Shown here: positions 16,154-30,541 of the stretch, piece after piece
Position numbering within the stretch: the stretch's first letter is position 1
Layout of the letters: each line of letters opens with the position of its first letter
NCBI RefSeq assembly: GCF_009914755.1
Contig: NC_060926.1
Source: the human T2T-CHM13v2.0 reference genome, Homo sapiens
Strand: one strand, 5' to 3'
DNA length: 64,000 bases
The notes under the pieces: model-generated
Told to the model about the DNA's origin: nothing
The model's input: only the letters and a program-made list of their open reading frames with translations
The model's database searches: none
Position numbers and translations under genes: made by a program

Positions 16154-17300
16154 TTTTATCTTTCTTTTCATTATACTTTAAGTTCTGGGATACATGTGCA
16201 GAATGTGCAGGTTTGTTACATAGGTATACACGTGCCATGGTGCTTTGCTACACCCATCAACCCATCATCTACATTAGGTATTTCTCCTAATGCTATCCCT
16301 CCCCCAGCCCCCCCACCCCAACAGGCCCCGATGTGTGAAAGTTCCCTTCCCTGTGTCCACGTGTTCTCATTGGTCAATTCCCACTGATGAGTGAGAGAAT
16401 ATGCAATATTTGGTTTTCTGTTCCTGTGTTAGTTTGCTGAGAATGACGGTTTCCAGCGTCATCCATGTCCCTGCAAAGGACATGAACTCATCCTTTTTTA
16501 TGGCTGCATAGTATTCCATGGCATATATGTGTCACATTTTCTTAATTCAGTCCATCATTGATGGACATTTGGATTGATTCCAAGTCTTTGCTATTGAGAA
16601 TGATGCTGTAATAAACATACGTGTGCATATGTCTTTATAGTAGAATGATTTCTAATCCTTTGGGTATATACCCAGTAATGGGATTGCTGGGTCAAATGGT
16701 ATTTCTGGTTCTAGATCCTTGAGGAATTGCCACACTATCTTCCACAAAGGTTAAACTAATGTACACTCCCACCAACAGTGTAAAAGTGTTCCTATTTCTC
16801 CACATCCTCTCCAGCATCTGTTGCTTCCTGACTTTTTAATGATTGCCATTTAAACTGGTGTGAGATGGTATCTCATTGTGGTTTTGATTTACATTTCTCC
16901 AATGACCAATAATGATGAGCTTTTTTTCATGTTTGTTGGCCGCATAAATGTCTTCTTTTGAGAAGTGTCTGTTCATATCCTTTGCCCACTTTTTGATGGG
17001 GTCGTTTGTTTTTTTCTTGTAAATTTAAGTTCTTTGTAGATTCTGGATATTAGCCCTTTGTCAGATGGATAGATTGCAGAAATTTTCTCGCATTCTGTAG
17101 GTTGCCTGCTCACTCTGATGATAGTTTCTTTTGCTATGCAGAAACTCTTTAGTTTAATTAGATCCCATTTGTCAATTTTGGCTTTTGTTGCCATTGCGTT
17201 TGGTGTTTTCATCATAAAGTCTTTGCCCATGCCTATGTCCTGAATGGTACTGTCTAGGTTTTCTTCTAGAGTTTATATGATTTCAGGTCTTACATTTAAG
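16154..17300 (-). mobile_element. L1PA (about L1PA7/8) 3' fragment with ORF2 C-terminal remnant
   Basis: Canonical antisense 3'UTR (ttatactttaagttctgggatacatgtgcag). ORF 16973..17230 ([31 protein letters not shown]) is L1 ORF2. Confidence 0.92.
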
Positions 17301-18071
17301 GGGAAGAGAAGGGAAAGCATCTGGTCTTTGGTCCTAAAACAGCACCTGTCCTAGTTGAAGATGTGGTTTAGAGTATCTAATGGCCCAGAGCTTTGGTTAC
17401 TCCTCACACCTTCCATTGCTCTTACACCCTCTTTCCCGTAGTGGCCCCTGCTGTTATATAGCTCTCTCCCTTCCAAAGGAAGAAAGGACTGTGATAAAGT
17501 CATTTACTCTAAGGAAAGCTGTAACATTCACTGGTGATGTCATTTTAGACACCAAGAAATAGAGATATTGTAAAAATCAATACACATATGCAAGTACACA
17601 CTAGTTATCAAAATGGCCATCCTTGCACATGAAGGTGTTTTCCGGCAATTCATTATTTGTTGGCTGCATAGTTAACTGAGGGATGGCTGAACATTGAGGC
17701 AAGTTGGGCAGACCTGGTCCCTGTCCTCCTGCTCATGGTTGTGAACAGAATGGAGGGGAAGGGCCAAATCAAACGTCAGGTGCGGCAGCGCTAAGGTACT
17801 GTTGCCTTCAGATTTTAGATTTGTCCCTGACGTATTAATTTAGAGGAGGAGGAACTGGCACCAGGACTGGGGGAGGTACACTTCTGCCTCTCAGGAGCAA
17901 CCGCATCTTGCAATCAAATCTCAGTTAATTGAAACTTGGGGAAGAAAGATGGAAATAATAGGAGCTCATGGACATTTAAGTACGAATCCCATGTACTCTG
18001 GAAAGACTAAGGGAGATTTGGCATCATGCACAAGAGTGTCCCTGAAAGATTTTTAAACTACTTGGTCTTGG

Positions 18072-18074
<3 letters not shown>

Positions 18075-18126
<52 letters not shown>
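18075..18126. repeat. (TG)n microsatellite, about 26 units
   Basis: Read directly. Confidence 0.97.
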
Positions 18127-18128
<2 letters not shown>

Positions 18129-18360
18129 AAATTATTTTAATAGTAATGTATGTATTTTGTCAAAAACTTGGAAAATACCAAACGTACAAAGAAAGAAACA
18201 ATGGCTTATAATTGCAACTCTGAGAAAAATTTTCCAATTATATATAAATAAATTAAATGTTCTTGAAATTAATCTTTTATTGCATAGATGATTATATATC
18301 CTGTTTCATTCAGTTTATATTATGAATATTTCTGTATATTATTAAAAGTCTTCAAAAAAA

Positions 18361-18654
18361 TTTTTTTGTTTTTTGAGACAGAGTCTTGCTCTGTCACCCA
18401 GGCTGGAGTGCAGTGGCGTAATCTCAGCTCATTGGAACCTCCACCTCCCGGGTTTAAGCAATTCTCCTGACTTAGTCTCCTGAGTAGCTGGGAGTACAGG
18501 CGCCCGCCACCATGCCCAGCTAATTTTTTGTATTTTTAGTAGAGACAGAGTTTCATGGTGTTAGCCAGGATGGTCTTGATCTCCTGACCTCATGATCTGC
18601 CCGCCTCGGCCTCCCAAAGTGCTGGTATTATAGGCATGAGCCACTGCGCCCGGC
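18361..18654 (-). mobile_element. Alu (AluSc/Y-like)
   Basis: TSD aagtcttcaaaa. Confidence 0.93.
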
Positions 18655-19601
18655 AAGTCTTCAAAATATTTTAAGGTATTTTATTGCATAGATGATTACA
18701 TATTCTGTTTCATTCAGTTTATATTATGAACATTTCTGTATATTACTAAAAGTCTTCAAAATATTTTAAGGCTGCTATATGCCACTGTAATCTGCTGTTG
18801 TGAAATAAAAGCAAATATAGAAGGATGCAAATGAAATTATAAAATTAAAAATTTTTTAATTTTTGTAAATGAAAAATTCTTTTTAAAATGCTGAGTTTGG
18901 GGTATATACAAGGGAAGAAATAACTGATGTTCTGCTCCTAGCCTAGGTGCCCTCTTGAGCTATGCTTGTTTTATGCTAATAATCTCCCTCTTTTTTTCCT
19001 GTTTCACTTGGATGTCTGTTATTGTTGATGGAGCCAGGAGTCATCTTTGATTAATAGGTGTAGAAAACATTCAGTGTCTGCTACAGGTTGAGGTCCCTCG
19101 AGAGCATTCACCTGGCCTCCTTTATGAGACTTGAGTCAGTGGGCTGGGCCTCCTCCTTGGTGCTGTAGCCACTAACCTGCCTCACCTGTATCCAATATCA
19201 GCTCGAAACTAGCATATCCGTTTGTCCAGGTTCCAGGACACTGCTTGGCCAAGACCTTTCACTGGAGTCTCCAAAGAAGGGTGTAATTTGGGATATATAT
19301 TATAATTAGCTCTGATGTCTAGTATAGCAAGTAAACAGCCCTCTAGCTTGGGTGGAAATGTGCCCTGGTCAGGCGCAACACTCCAGAAGGGCAGCAGCCA
19401 CCAGACCAGACGACAGGGAAGCCCAGCTCCCAAGCAAAACCAAAAACTGGTGGGAGTCTTGTGGTGAGGGGAAAGTATTTGTTGTTTTCTGTTTAGTCTA
19501 GGGATTCACACTGCTTTTTAAATTCTGGCATAGTTCCCAGTGGCTAAAGCTGGAATGATTCTACTGTTTCATTAAATTTTCTTTATAAAAATGTTAAGTT
19601 G

Positions 19602-19905
19602 GGGCCAGGCATGGTGGCTTATGCCTGTAATCCCCGCACTTTGGGAGGCCAAAGAGGGAGGATTGCTTGAGCCAGGGAGTTCGAGACCAGCCCGAGCAAC
19701 ACAATAGGACCCCATTGCTACAAAAAATTAAAAAAAAAAAAATTAGGCAGACATGGTGGTGCACACTTGTGGTCCCAGCTACTCAGGAGGCTGAGGTGGG
19801 AGGATCGCTTGAGCCTCGGAGTTTGAAGCTGCAGTGAGCCATGATCCACTCCAGCCTGGGCAACGGAACAACACTGCCTCGAAAACAAAACAAAACAAAA
19901 CAAAA
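19602..19905 (+). mobile_element. AluJ
   Basis: Full dimer with a (CAAAA)n tail. Confidence 0.92.
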
Positions 19906-20484
19906 GTGGGTAGTTTGCGTCTCCTGACATCCTGTTTCCTTTGGGGCCCCCATCTCCATGCATCTCCATGCAGGCTCCTGGTACTGTGGATGCTGTGTTT
20001 TCGGGGCCCCCATGGGCTCTCTGTGCTGGGCTTTTCCCTCCCATCTTGCCTTACTGGGGCTGATGCCTGTTGCCGGTTCTTTATTCTGCTGCTCTTGGTG
20101 GCAATGAGAACAGAATCTAGAAAATAAAAATCTAATTTCTTTAACCAAACTATCTGCTGGAAAAGCTGTTATTAACCACAGATGCCTGATACTTTCTGAC
20201 TTGCGACCTGTTCACAAGACTTCCTTTCAGCTCGAACTTCCTTGCCCTTGGCTTACCCTGTCGGCACCATGTGAACGGTGGCAGGTAAAAACAGGGCGCT
20301 TACAGTGGACCTATTTCTTAAAATTATTTTTTTCATTTTTAATTTTTTTGACATGGTAAAACATATATATAACATAAAGTCCCCCATTTCAACCCATTTT
20401 GAGTATACAATTCAGTGGCATTCACGTTTTTGTGCAACCATCAGCACACGTTGCACATCCATCTCCAGAACTCCAGTAGAGTAA

Positions 20485-20800
<316 letters not shown>

Positions 20801-21478
20801 TCTACTTTCTTTCTCTGTGAGTTTGACTACTACAACTACCTCATATAGGTGGCATCATACAATATTTGTCCTTTTTTTGTATTTCTTTTAAAAAGACTCT
20901 AGAGCATAACTGCTACTTCCAAGTCATTTCTGAGCAGGCTAGACTGGTAGTGGTAAGGACTGAGGGTTAGAGACATGCTGTGTGTGTATAAGATGTGCCT
21001 GGGCTAACCCAGCCTGTGCTGCCCTGGGGTGATGGGTTTCTGCAGCTGCTGGCCATGCAGCTGTACCCAGGTGGTTCCTGTCTAGACACCATGGCTGAGT
21101 ATGTGCCATTTCTTTTGTCTTCCCTCATTCAGATGTTTGTATTTGGCCAAAATCTGATGAGATTTTTATACCATTTTTTTTAAGCAGTGGTAGAACATTC
21201 TGACTATTCAAAAAGTCTTTTTTCCACTCCAGCCCCCAGCCCTCTCCCTGTAGGGAATGGAGATTACCCATCTCTTGGGTATCTTTCCAGAGATATTCAA
21301 TCCCTATGTAATCCTATGTATGTCTGTATGTGTGTGCTAGTCTCCAGCATGGTGTGTTAATCTAATAGAATGCTACTCATAGCTGTGGTTAAATCAATAC
21401 CCAGGGTATTTTTTTGTAGCTATGGAAATTCTGTTTTCAGCTGAATCATGTAATATGCTATAATTATATTTTACTTCT

Positions 21479-21900
21479 TGTCTTAGTCTGTTTTCTGTTG
21501 CTTATAAAAGAATACTTGAAACTGAGTAAATTATAAAGAAAGGAAATTTATTTCTCACAGTTAAGGAGGCTGGGACATTCAAGGTCAAGGACCCCCATCT
21601 GATAATGGTCTTCTTGCTGATGCGACTCTGCGGGGTCCTAAGGCAACGCAGGGCATCACACGGCGAGGGGGCTGAGCGTGCTCATGTGCTAGCTTAGGTC
21701 TCTCTTCCTCTTCTTATAAAGCTGCCAGTTCCACTCCCATTAATTCTTTATCCCATTGTTAATCCATGAATGGATTAATCCATTCATGAGGGCAGAGTCC
21801 TCATGACCCAATCACCTCTTAAAGGCCTCACATCTCCATACTGCCACATTGGGGATTAAGTTTTAATACAAGTTTTGAAGGGAATATTCAAGCCATAGCA
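21479..21900 (-). mobile_element. MaLR solo LTR (MLT1A/MSTD-type)
   Basis: Typical MaLR ends: tgtcttagtctgttttctgttgc...ttcaagccatagca; internal tttatttctcacagtt...ggaggctggg motif. Confidence 0.8.
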
Positions 21901-21936
21901 CTTAAGGACTTAGCACTTAATTAATTAATTAATTAA

Positions 21937-22244
<308 letters not shown>

Positions 22245-22550
22245 CCATAGCGATTCTTGAGTAGCTTTTTGATTATCTTGAATTTAATAGTTTCCTAAGT
22301 ATCAATCACTCATTCTTCTCTAAAGGAATGTATGCATCTCCTCACACCACAACAAAATTATCAGTACTGATATTCATTTATTTATTTAGGAGATGCCTGT
22401 CCTGGCTTCTTCCCTTCTGCCTCTGTCTAATCAGGTTCCCTCTGGGTCTGGGGTCCAGCTATCTTTACTACTATTCTGAGGATCCTCTATGCCTCCTGTG
22501 GTCCAGCTCCTGTTTCCTAGAGCCCAGGTCCTCTTTCTTGGCTTCTACTC

Positions 22551-23498
22551 TTTTTTTTTTCTACTTTCCTAAACTTTATTAAAGAAAAAAGTAATGGTGG
22601 TAAACCTCTAGAACTTACTCAATTTTCTGGGATTCCTCCCCCGAGAATGTGATATATTGATTTCCAAACATGCCGGAAGTATACATGGTTCCCAATTGTA
22701 CTAAATAGACTAAATAGGTGAAAAGCTGAAGTCCTAAAGTGTTCATCTTCCAACTTTTCCCAGCCTGTGGTCTGTCCTTGCATCAGCAATAATTGCCTGA
22801 ACAGCTGCTATGGCTTCATTAATTTTTGTCTGTAGCTGTCTGAGCTCTTCTGTATACAGCAGTCACAGAATTTGAGTAGCTTCATTAAGAACTGCATCTC
22901 CTGTGTCAAAACCAAGAATATGTTTGTCTAAAGCAACAGGCAAGCCCTCTTTTGTTTGATTTGCTTTAGCAACTGCATCCTGTGTCAGGTGCTCCTGAAC
23001 CAAAATTTGAATTGCCTTAAGCATTACCAGGCAATCATCATGACATTGAACCTGAAGCAGGTTAGCCAAAGCCATTACACCAGGCTTAAAATCAGGATTA
23101 TTTACGTCCAAATTTATCAATGGTTCTGCATTTTTAGTTGCATTGTCAGCAGTTTTTGCATTATCAGGTACTAAGTCCTTGTATTTTTCAGCATTATCTC
23201 CATATTCAAATCTAACAGCTAAACCAAGAAGCCAGTCAATAGCTTCTTGTCGATCTTGAATCTTTAAACGACAGTTAACATCTCTGAGATACTTTTGAAA
23301 GAACTCGGGCCAGTCACTGCTGTGGATGTTTCTTAAATTACCTCTGTCTTCAGTCTTGTAGTATCTGATTTTCTGGTCTTCAAGCCAAACAGTGAAGTTT
23401 CTAAATTCTGTTTCATCTTTGCAGTTGAAACCGGCGGGGTTGTGGTAGTCAAGAGCCGTCAGCTTTCATTGGAACATGCTCCCCGCTTCTCACTCTCT
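22551..23498 (-). pseudogene. Processed pseudogene of RTRAF (C14orf166/CGI-99)
   Basis: Intronless 735-bp CDS remnant at 23477..22743: MFQ*KLTALDYHNPAGFNCKDETEFRN...INLDVNNPDFK...EATQIL*LLY...DHRLGKVGR*. AATAAA (minus strand, 22575-22580), poly(A) remnant at 22551-22560, and TSD ttggctt(c/t)tactc at 22538-22550 and 23499-23511. Confidence 0.95.
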
Positions 23499-25831
23499 TT
23501 GGCTTTTACTCTTTTACTTTGGCAAGGAGCTTATCCGTCACTAACTTCCTGGGACTTGCATGCCTGAAAATGCCATTCTTTTTCCTACCTTCACCTTGAG
23601 GTAGTTTGGCTGGGTACAGAGTTCGAAAGGAAAATATTTTTTGTTTTAACTTTGAAGTCACTGATATATTTCCTTTGAGTTCTGGGTTGCTCTAGAGAAG
23701 CAGGATGTAATTCTGATTCATTCATAAGTGATCTGCTTCTGTTCTCTCTGGAAGCTTTTGGGATCTTCACCTCATCTTAGAGTTGTAACGTTCCCTGATG
23801 AAGCCCCCATGTGGTGGGTCTTTTTTCTCCTACTGTGCTGCCCAGCCGGGGGCCCGGTTAGGAAACACCCATATCTTCAGTGCTGGGGCACTTTCTTGAA
23901 CTTCCCCCCTTCCGCATCCACTCTCCGCGTTTCCTCTGGAGCTCCTCTTACATGGTGGTTGGGATGCCTAGATTGCTGTTCTGAGCCCGGAGCCTTTCTG
24001 GTTGAGCCTCCACAGAGACTGAGCCTCCTGTTTTTCTGGGCAGAGGGAGGAGAGCCAGGGACAGCCCCTCCAGTCTCCAGCCCCACCCCACACCCCACCC
24101 TCCCAGTGGGAGCCTTTCCCTTGGATGTCTAGAAAGCGACAAGTATAATGATTTATGGAAAATCTTTGCTGTAATATAGGTGGCATGGGTCAGGCCTTGC
24201 TAATTAATGCAGGTGCCTATTTTTACCAGACAACTGCTAAGCCCTTCCTGCCTTGAATGACTAAAGACAAACTTCCGATTGAGTTCTCTTTGCATTCTGC
24301 ATGCTCCTTTTCTATTTCTGGTGTGTATCCTCCTTGCTGGTTGGCTTAAGGTTCTCCTGGGCATCTTACGCAGTCTGATTTCTACAGTCCAGGGTGAGCT
24401 GCCAGACGGTCCTTTGTGCCTCATAGTTTCTCGGCTTCTGGGGGCTCTGCACCTCCGCTTTGTACCTCTGGTCTGGGTGCAGTCCCCTCAGGCTGCCTTC
24501 CTGGGGCTGTGCCCCACCTCCCTCCCGGCCTTCACTTTCTCTCTGGTCCCTGTCTCCCTGAGTCCAGCTGCAAGCCTGCTGCCACTCCCGGGTCCCAGAC
24601 CTTGAGGCAGAGCCGGTCTTCAAAGGCACAAGTGTCCTCAGTCTGTCCGATCTCATGGTTCACTCTGTTGAGCCCCTGGGTCTTGCCTCAAGAAAATGAT
24701 GCCTCTTCTAAAGTGGATTTGTGAAATATGTAGAAGCACCCCCTCTTCAGTAGCCTTGGTTTCCCTTTGAACTCCAAAGATTAGATCCATCTGTTGTGCA
24801 GGATCTTCAGGAACTGCTGAAAGCCAGGGTCACCGCTCAACCACTAGTCATTGCCCACGATGGGCAGGACATCATTCTAGGCACAGAATTCTCCCATCTT
24901 TCTTCAGCCCTTCCTGTCACCATGATATCCAGGGGGCTACCAGGAGAGGGTCAGCCAGCTCCTTATTTGGAGATATTTGTCCTGTGTATTCTCTTTTCAT
25001 CTTCTCCTGGTAACCTCTAAGCATTGTGACATCCAGCCACTGCCCCAAAGCATGAAAGGATCTGGCCTTTCCTTGATCCCTGGGACCTCCCCCATGCCCA
25101 CCATTCATTCATCAGGTGCATTCCAAAATTATATTGCTCCTACAAAAGAACGAGGGGAAAGGGGAAGACAGAGCATTTCAAGTCAAAGGGAAGCCACTCA
25201 GATTTACACATCAGGAAATGCAATGACAGGGGACTGTTAACTCCTGGATCCTGGGAACAGTAAGGAAGTAATGTTAACCTGAGTAGCTCTGACCCCCCGA
25301 GTTCTGACTGATGCCATTGTTGAGCTGTGTCTTAGCTGCTCTATTTATCACAGGCCAATGAGGATCTGCAAAATGGTATTGTTGGGAAGAAGTAAATTTA
25401 AAATGTTTAGTGTTCAGAAAACTGAATTCAACCTAAGGAAACTCTGTCTCATTCAGACCTGGGGACCTCACTCACTACCACATGTCTGCTCCAGATGCTA
25501 ACCAGGCTGTGCTATCCTCTGGCAGCTGCCACCCCTGCCTATCAGGCCATGGTTCAGGATGGAGCCCCCTCTACCCTTGACAGCTTCCTGGTTTCTTTTA
25601 AGCCTTAAGCCTCAGCCCTTCACAGGTTGAGGGATGAGATTTATTTTGTTTAGAAATAAATAGGTTATACAGGGAAGCAAGCTTCTAGGAAGGAAGGTGG
25701 AACTTCCATGTTTTTCTTCTTTTTCTTCGTTCCCCTGGTCATGGTCTTCTTTGCTGTGTTTAAAGAGGAGTGTCTTTGAGCCAATAAAGAAATCCTCTGG
25801 AGAGCATCTGAAAGTATTTAAAAATGTTCCC

Positions 25832-25998
25832 CGGCTGAGAACGGTGGCTCATGGCTGTAATCCTAGCACTTTGGGAGGCTGAGGTGGGAAGATGGCTTGA
25901 GCCCAGGAGTTCAAGGCTGCAGTGAGCCATGATGGTGCAACTGCACTCCAGCTTGGGTGACAGAGCGAGACCCCATCTAAAATAAAATAAAATAAAAT
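25832..25998 (+). mobile_element. Alu monomer (FAM/FRAM-like or recombined AluJ)
   Basis: Single arm with a (TAAAA)n tail. Confidence 0.85.
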
Positions 25999-26299
25999 GT
26001 GCATTTCAACATGTAAACACCGGGCATGTCCACCCCAGGAGAGATCATTAAGTACCCAGGGACTTGCACCTTAGGTGCACCTTCAAGCACTTGACCTGTG
26101 ACTGCTGCAAATACAGTCATGCTGTCAGTGAGAGACCTTACAAAATGATGGCTAGGGCCCCAGAAAGTTCTAAACAGGACAAAGGCTACCAGCTCTCCAT
26201 TTTTATAGTCATTGCAGTCCTGGTAAATTAGGTGAATATTGAAACCATACAAGTATGTTAAATGGAATTAGGGTCTAGTCTCAGGAGGTCATTTGGGAT

Positions 26300-26767
<468 letters not shown>

Positions 26768-26787
26768 TCAAGACAAGTGATAGCACA

Positions 26788-27818
26788 TATATTAGTCAGG
26801 GTTTTTCCAAGAAACCGAACCTATAGGATCTGTGTCTACAGCTTTATCTAGAAAGAGAGAGAAAGAGGAATTATTTTAAGGAATTTTCCTTAGTTCCTTA
26901 AATTAACTCCTAAATTATTTATTAATTCCTAAATTATGAATTCCTTAAAATAATTCCTCTGTTTTAAGGAATTATTCCTTAAAATAATTCCTCTGTTTTA
27001 AGGAATTATTCCTTAAAATAATTCCTCTGTTTTAAGGAATTATTCCTTAAAATAATTCCTCTGTTTTAAGGAATTATTCCTTAAAATAATTCCTCTGTTT
27101 TAAGGAATTATTCCTTAAAATAATTCCTCTGTTTTAAGGAATTATTCCTTAAAATAATTCCTCTGTTTTAAGGAATTATTCCTTAAAATAATTCCTCTGT
27201 TTTAAGGAATTATTCCTTAAAATAATTCCTCTGTTTTAAGGAATTATTCCTTAAAATAATTCCTCTGTTTTAAGGAATTATTCCTTAAAATAATTCCTCT
27301 GTTTTAAGGAATTATTCCTTAAAATAATTCCTCTGTTTTAAGGAATTATTCCTTAAAATAATTCCTCTGTTTTAAGGAATTATTCCTTAAAATAATTCCT
27401 CTGTTTTAAGGAATTATTCCTTAAAATAATTCCTCTGTTTTAAGGAATTATTCCTTAAAATAATTCCTCTGTTTTAAGGAATTAGCTCACACACAGTGGG
27501 GGCTGACAAATATGGAATCAACAGGGTGTTGGGTGGAGACCCATGAAAGACTTGATGTTGCAGTCTTGAGTCCTCAGGCAGTTTGGAAACAGAAGCCCCT
27601 CTTTCCCTGGGGACCTCTGTCTTTTTCTTATAAGGCCTTCAACTGTTTGGATGGGGCCTGCCCCCATCATGAAGAGTAATGTGCTTTACTCAAAGGCTGC
27701 TGCTTTAAATGCTAGTGACATGTGAAAAGTACCTTCACAGCAACATCTAGGCTAGGGTTTGACCAAACAACTGCGTACAATGGCCTAGCCAAGCTGACAT
27801 ATAAAATTAACTATCACA
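26788..27818 (-). mobile_element. MLT2 (HERV-L) solo LTR, interrupted by the 34-bp minisatellite
   Basis: Minus-strand start TGTGATAGTTAATTTTATATGTCAGCTTGGCTAGG; other end tattagtcagggtttttccaagaaac. Imperfect 5-bp TSD gcaca/gcata. Confidence 0.85.
26941..27484. repeat. Minisatellite: 16 perfect copies of the 34-bp unit TTCCTTAAAATAATTCCTCTGTTTTAAGGAATTA
   Basis: Read directly: 544 bp = 16 x 34. Palindrome TTTTAAGGAAT-T-ATTCCTTAAAA spans each unit junction. Confidence 0.97.
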
Positions 27819-27884
27819 GCATATGACAAAGAAGTTGAAGAAGTTTCCATCCTATAATAGGAACTCAAAGGGTAGTCACTGTAA

Positions 27885-28091
<207 letters not shown>

Positions 28092-29944
28092 TAGAGTTTT
28101 GCCTGCCTATTTATAACTCTGTATGCAAACCTTGCAAATCTATCAGCACTGAAATTTTACAAGGTACTCCACTTTGTAGTCTATAAGTAATAATGAAATG
28201 AATTCAATTCCTGAAGTTTGAGCTCTATTATAGGCATTACAGGTGAGATAAAAAGAGATTTTGGACTTCCTTGTCCACAGATTATTGACAATAAAAATAA
28301 GCTGAAGACTTCTTTTTAAGAAGCAAAATGCTTTCTACTATCCAGTTTCCAGTACTGGTACCAGATACCACTCACCTGGTCAAGTGGCTGTTGGCTTATT
28401 ATTCAGCATCTTTTCCTGTCTTGCCTATGCAGACAGTGAAACCCTGGAGGGTGAGTGGTTTTCCTCGACTGGCTCAACAGCTCAGCCTGAGACTTCTTTT
28501 GGGCACTGGTATCTGTCAGGTGCATGGTTCAGAGAAATTCCATGACATCATATGAAGGTCCATGGGGATGAAGAGTGAGACATCAGGCTAGGAAAAGGCA
28601 ATCTCTGCCCTCAGGGAACTTGAACTCTAATGGGCAATGTGAGCTGATGCACAGGTGAACCAGGCCAGGTGAGCCCAGGTCCTGGTTTGGTGCCCTGATT
28701 TGGGGGTTTGCATGCCTGGTTCTGCAATGGCAGTGCTGCAAGGAGGAAGCATCTTTATTATCACCCTCAGAGGTCACTCCTCACTACCCCTGGGGGCTTC
28801 CCTCTGGGGGCCTTGTGCCCCTCCTCTCTGAGGTGCCCCTCTTAGCAGAGCCATTAGGTCACCTCCCTTTTCTACTTTATCCTGACCTTCCTTGTCACAG
28901 GCTTTAGAGCAGGTGATTAGCTTTTCAGTCAGAAACATCTCCCACTGAAAGTCTGCTATGCTACCCATTCTTTTGTGAACCTGAAATTGATGCCCACCAA
29001 TGTGGAGGGAAGCCTCAGGGAGCACAGATGGAAGGAGGAGGAGTGAGTGGGGAAGACAGAGGGGAGGGGGAAGAGACTCCCTCAGAGGAGTCTCTTCATG
29101 ACCTTTGCTCTAGGCCCATCCCAGGCTGGACAGCTCTTTCTCAGGGTTACGTCAACATCAGCCAAAGAGGGGGTTTCCTACATTTGCAGCTAATTTGGGA
29201 AAAAAATATTTACAGGAGATTTTATTTGTCAGAATCCCAGAAAAATGCCCAGAGCAGGAACATATTAAGTCCAAACAGAGTTTCAAAAAAACCTTGAAAC
29301 AGGATAAAAGAATTCCATTTCACATAACTGCCACGTCATTCCTGCTGGAACCAGATCTGTGAGTTCCCAATCCCCAAAAGAACACAATTAGCTGGACTCG
29401 TTATATTTTTGAACACCTGCCCCAAATGAGTACTGACTGGCTTTCTCTGAGCTTCCTTGGGACCTTGATTTTGGAAAGTACGGTAGATTTAAGGATTGTA
29501 ACTGCAACTGTGTTTATACAGTTTTCATGAGAATTTGCTTTGAAAAGCACTCAGCCTTATACAAGGCTGTGGATTTTAAAATTCCTTATGACCCATCTGA
29601 AAGTCACACACATAATAGAATGTCTTCGTACCATGGACAGATCTATTACATAGCTTTGTTTTACTCTGCGTTTATTTTGGTAAGAAATACTGAAAACCTG
29701 CCAACTAGTCAGTCCCAGGAGTTTGAGCAACACCTGATGTAAGAACTGCCTGTGGCCTGCCTTCTGGTAAAACCAGTTCTGAGTCACTATTTATAGCCCC
29801 TTTGGCAAAGCATCCTAGAAAGCTGGCTTAAAGTAGACTGGCAGGAATTAGCCTCTGTGCTCCTTCTTATCCAACTTAAGGAGGTGAAAACTGATTAATA
29901 CAGACCTGCCTGAGGCTGTAGATAAAGAACTCTTGTTTGCCAAG

Positions 29945-30249
<305 letters not shown>

Positions 30250-30313
30250 CTATTGCCAAGTTCTAGTCCAGTTTCCATTCCCCTTTGGGCTCTGTCTCTG
30301 TTTTCAGATCTGA

Positions 30314-30541
<228 letters not shown>

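Noticed and set aside
16973-17230. ORF with reverse-transcriptase-family similarity
   Set aside because: C-terminal L1 ORF2 remnant in a 1.1-kb truncated, frameshifted L1PA.
22863-23120. 85-aa ORF as a functional gene
   Set aside because: Internal fragment of the RTRAF processed pseudogene; it starts at a non-ATG codon and ends at a premature stop.
26941-27484. CRISPR-like array (palindromic repeats at a regular period)
   Set aside because: The spacers are identical 11-mers, there are no cas genes, the context is a human intron, and the unit derives from the flanking MLT2 LTR.
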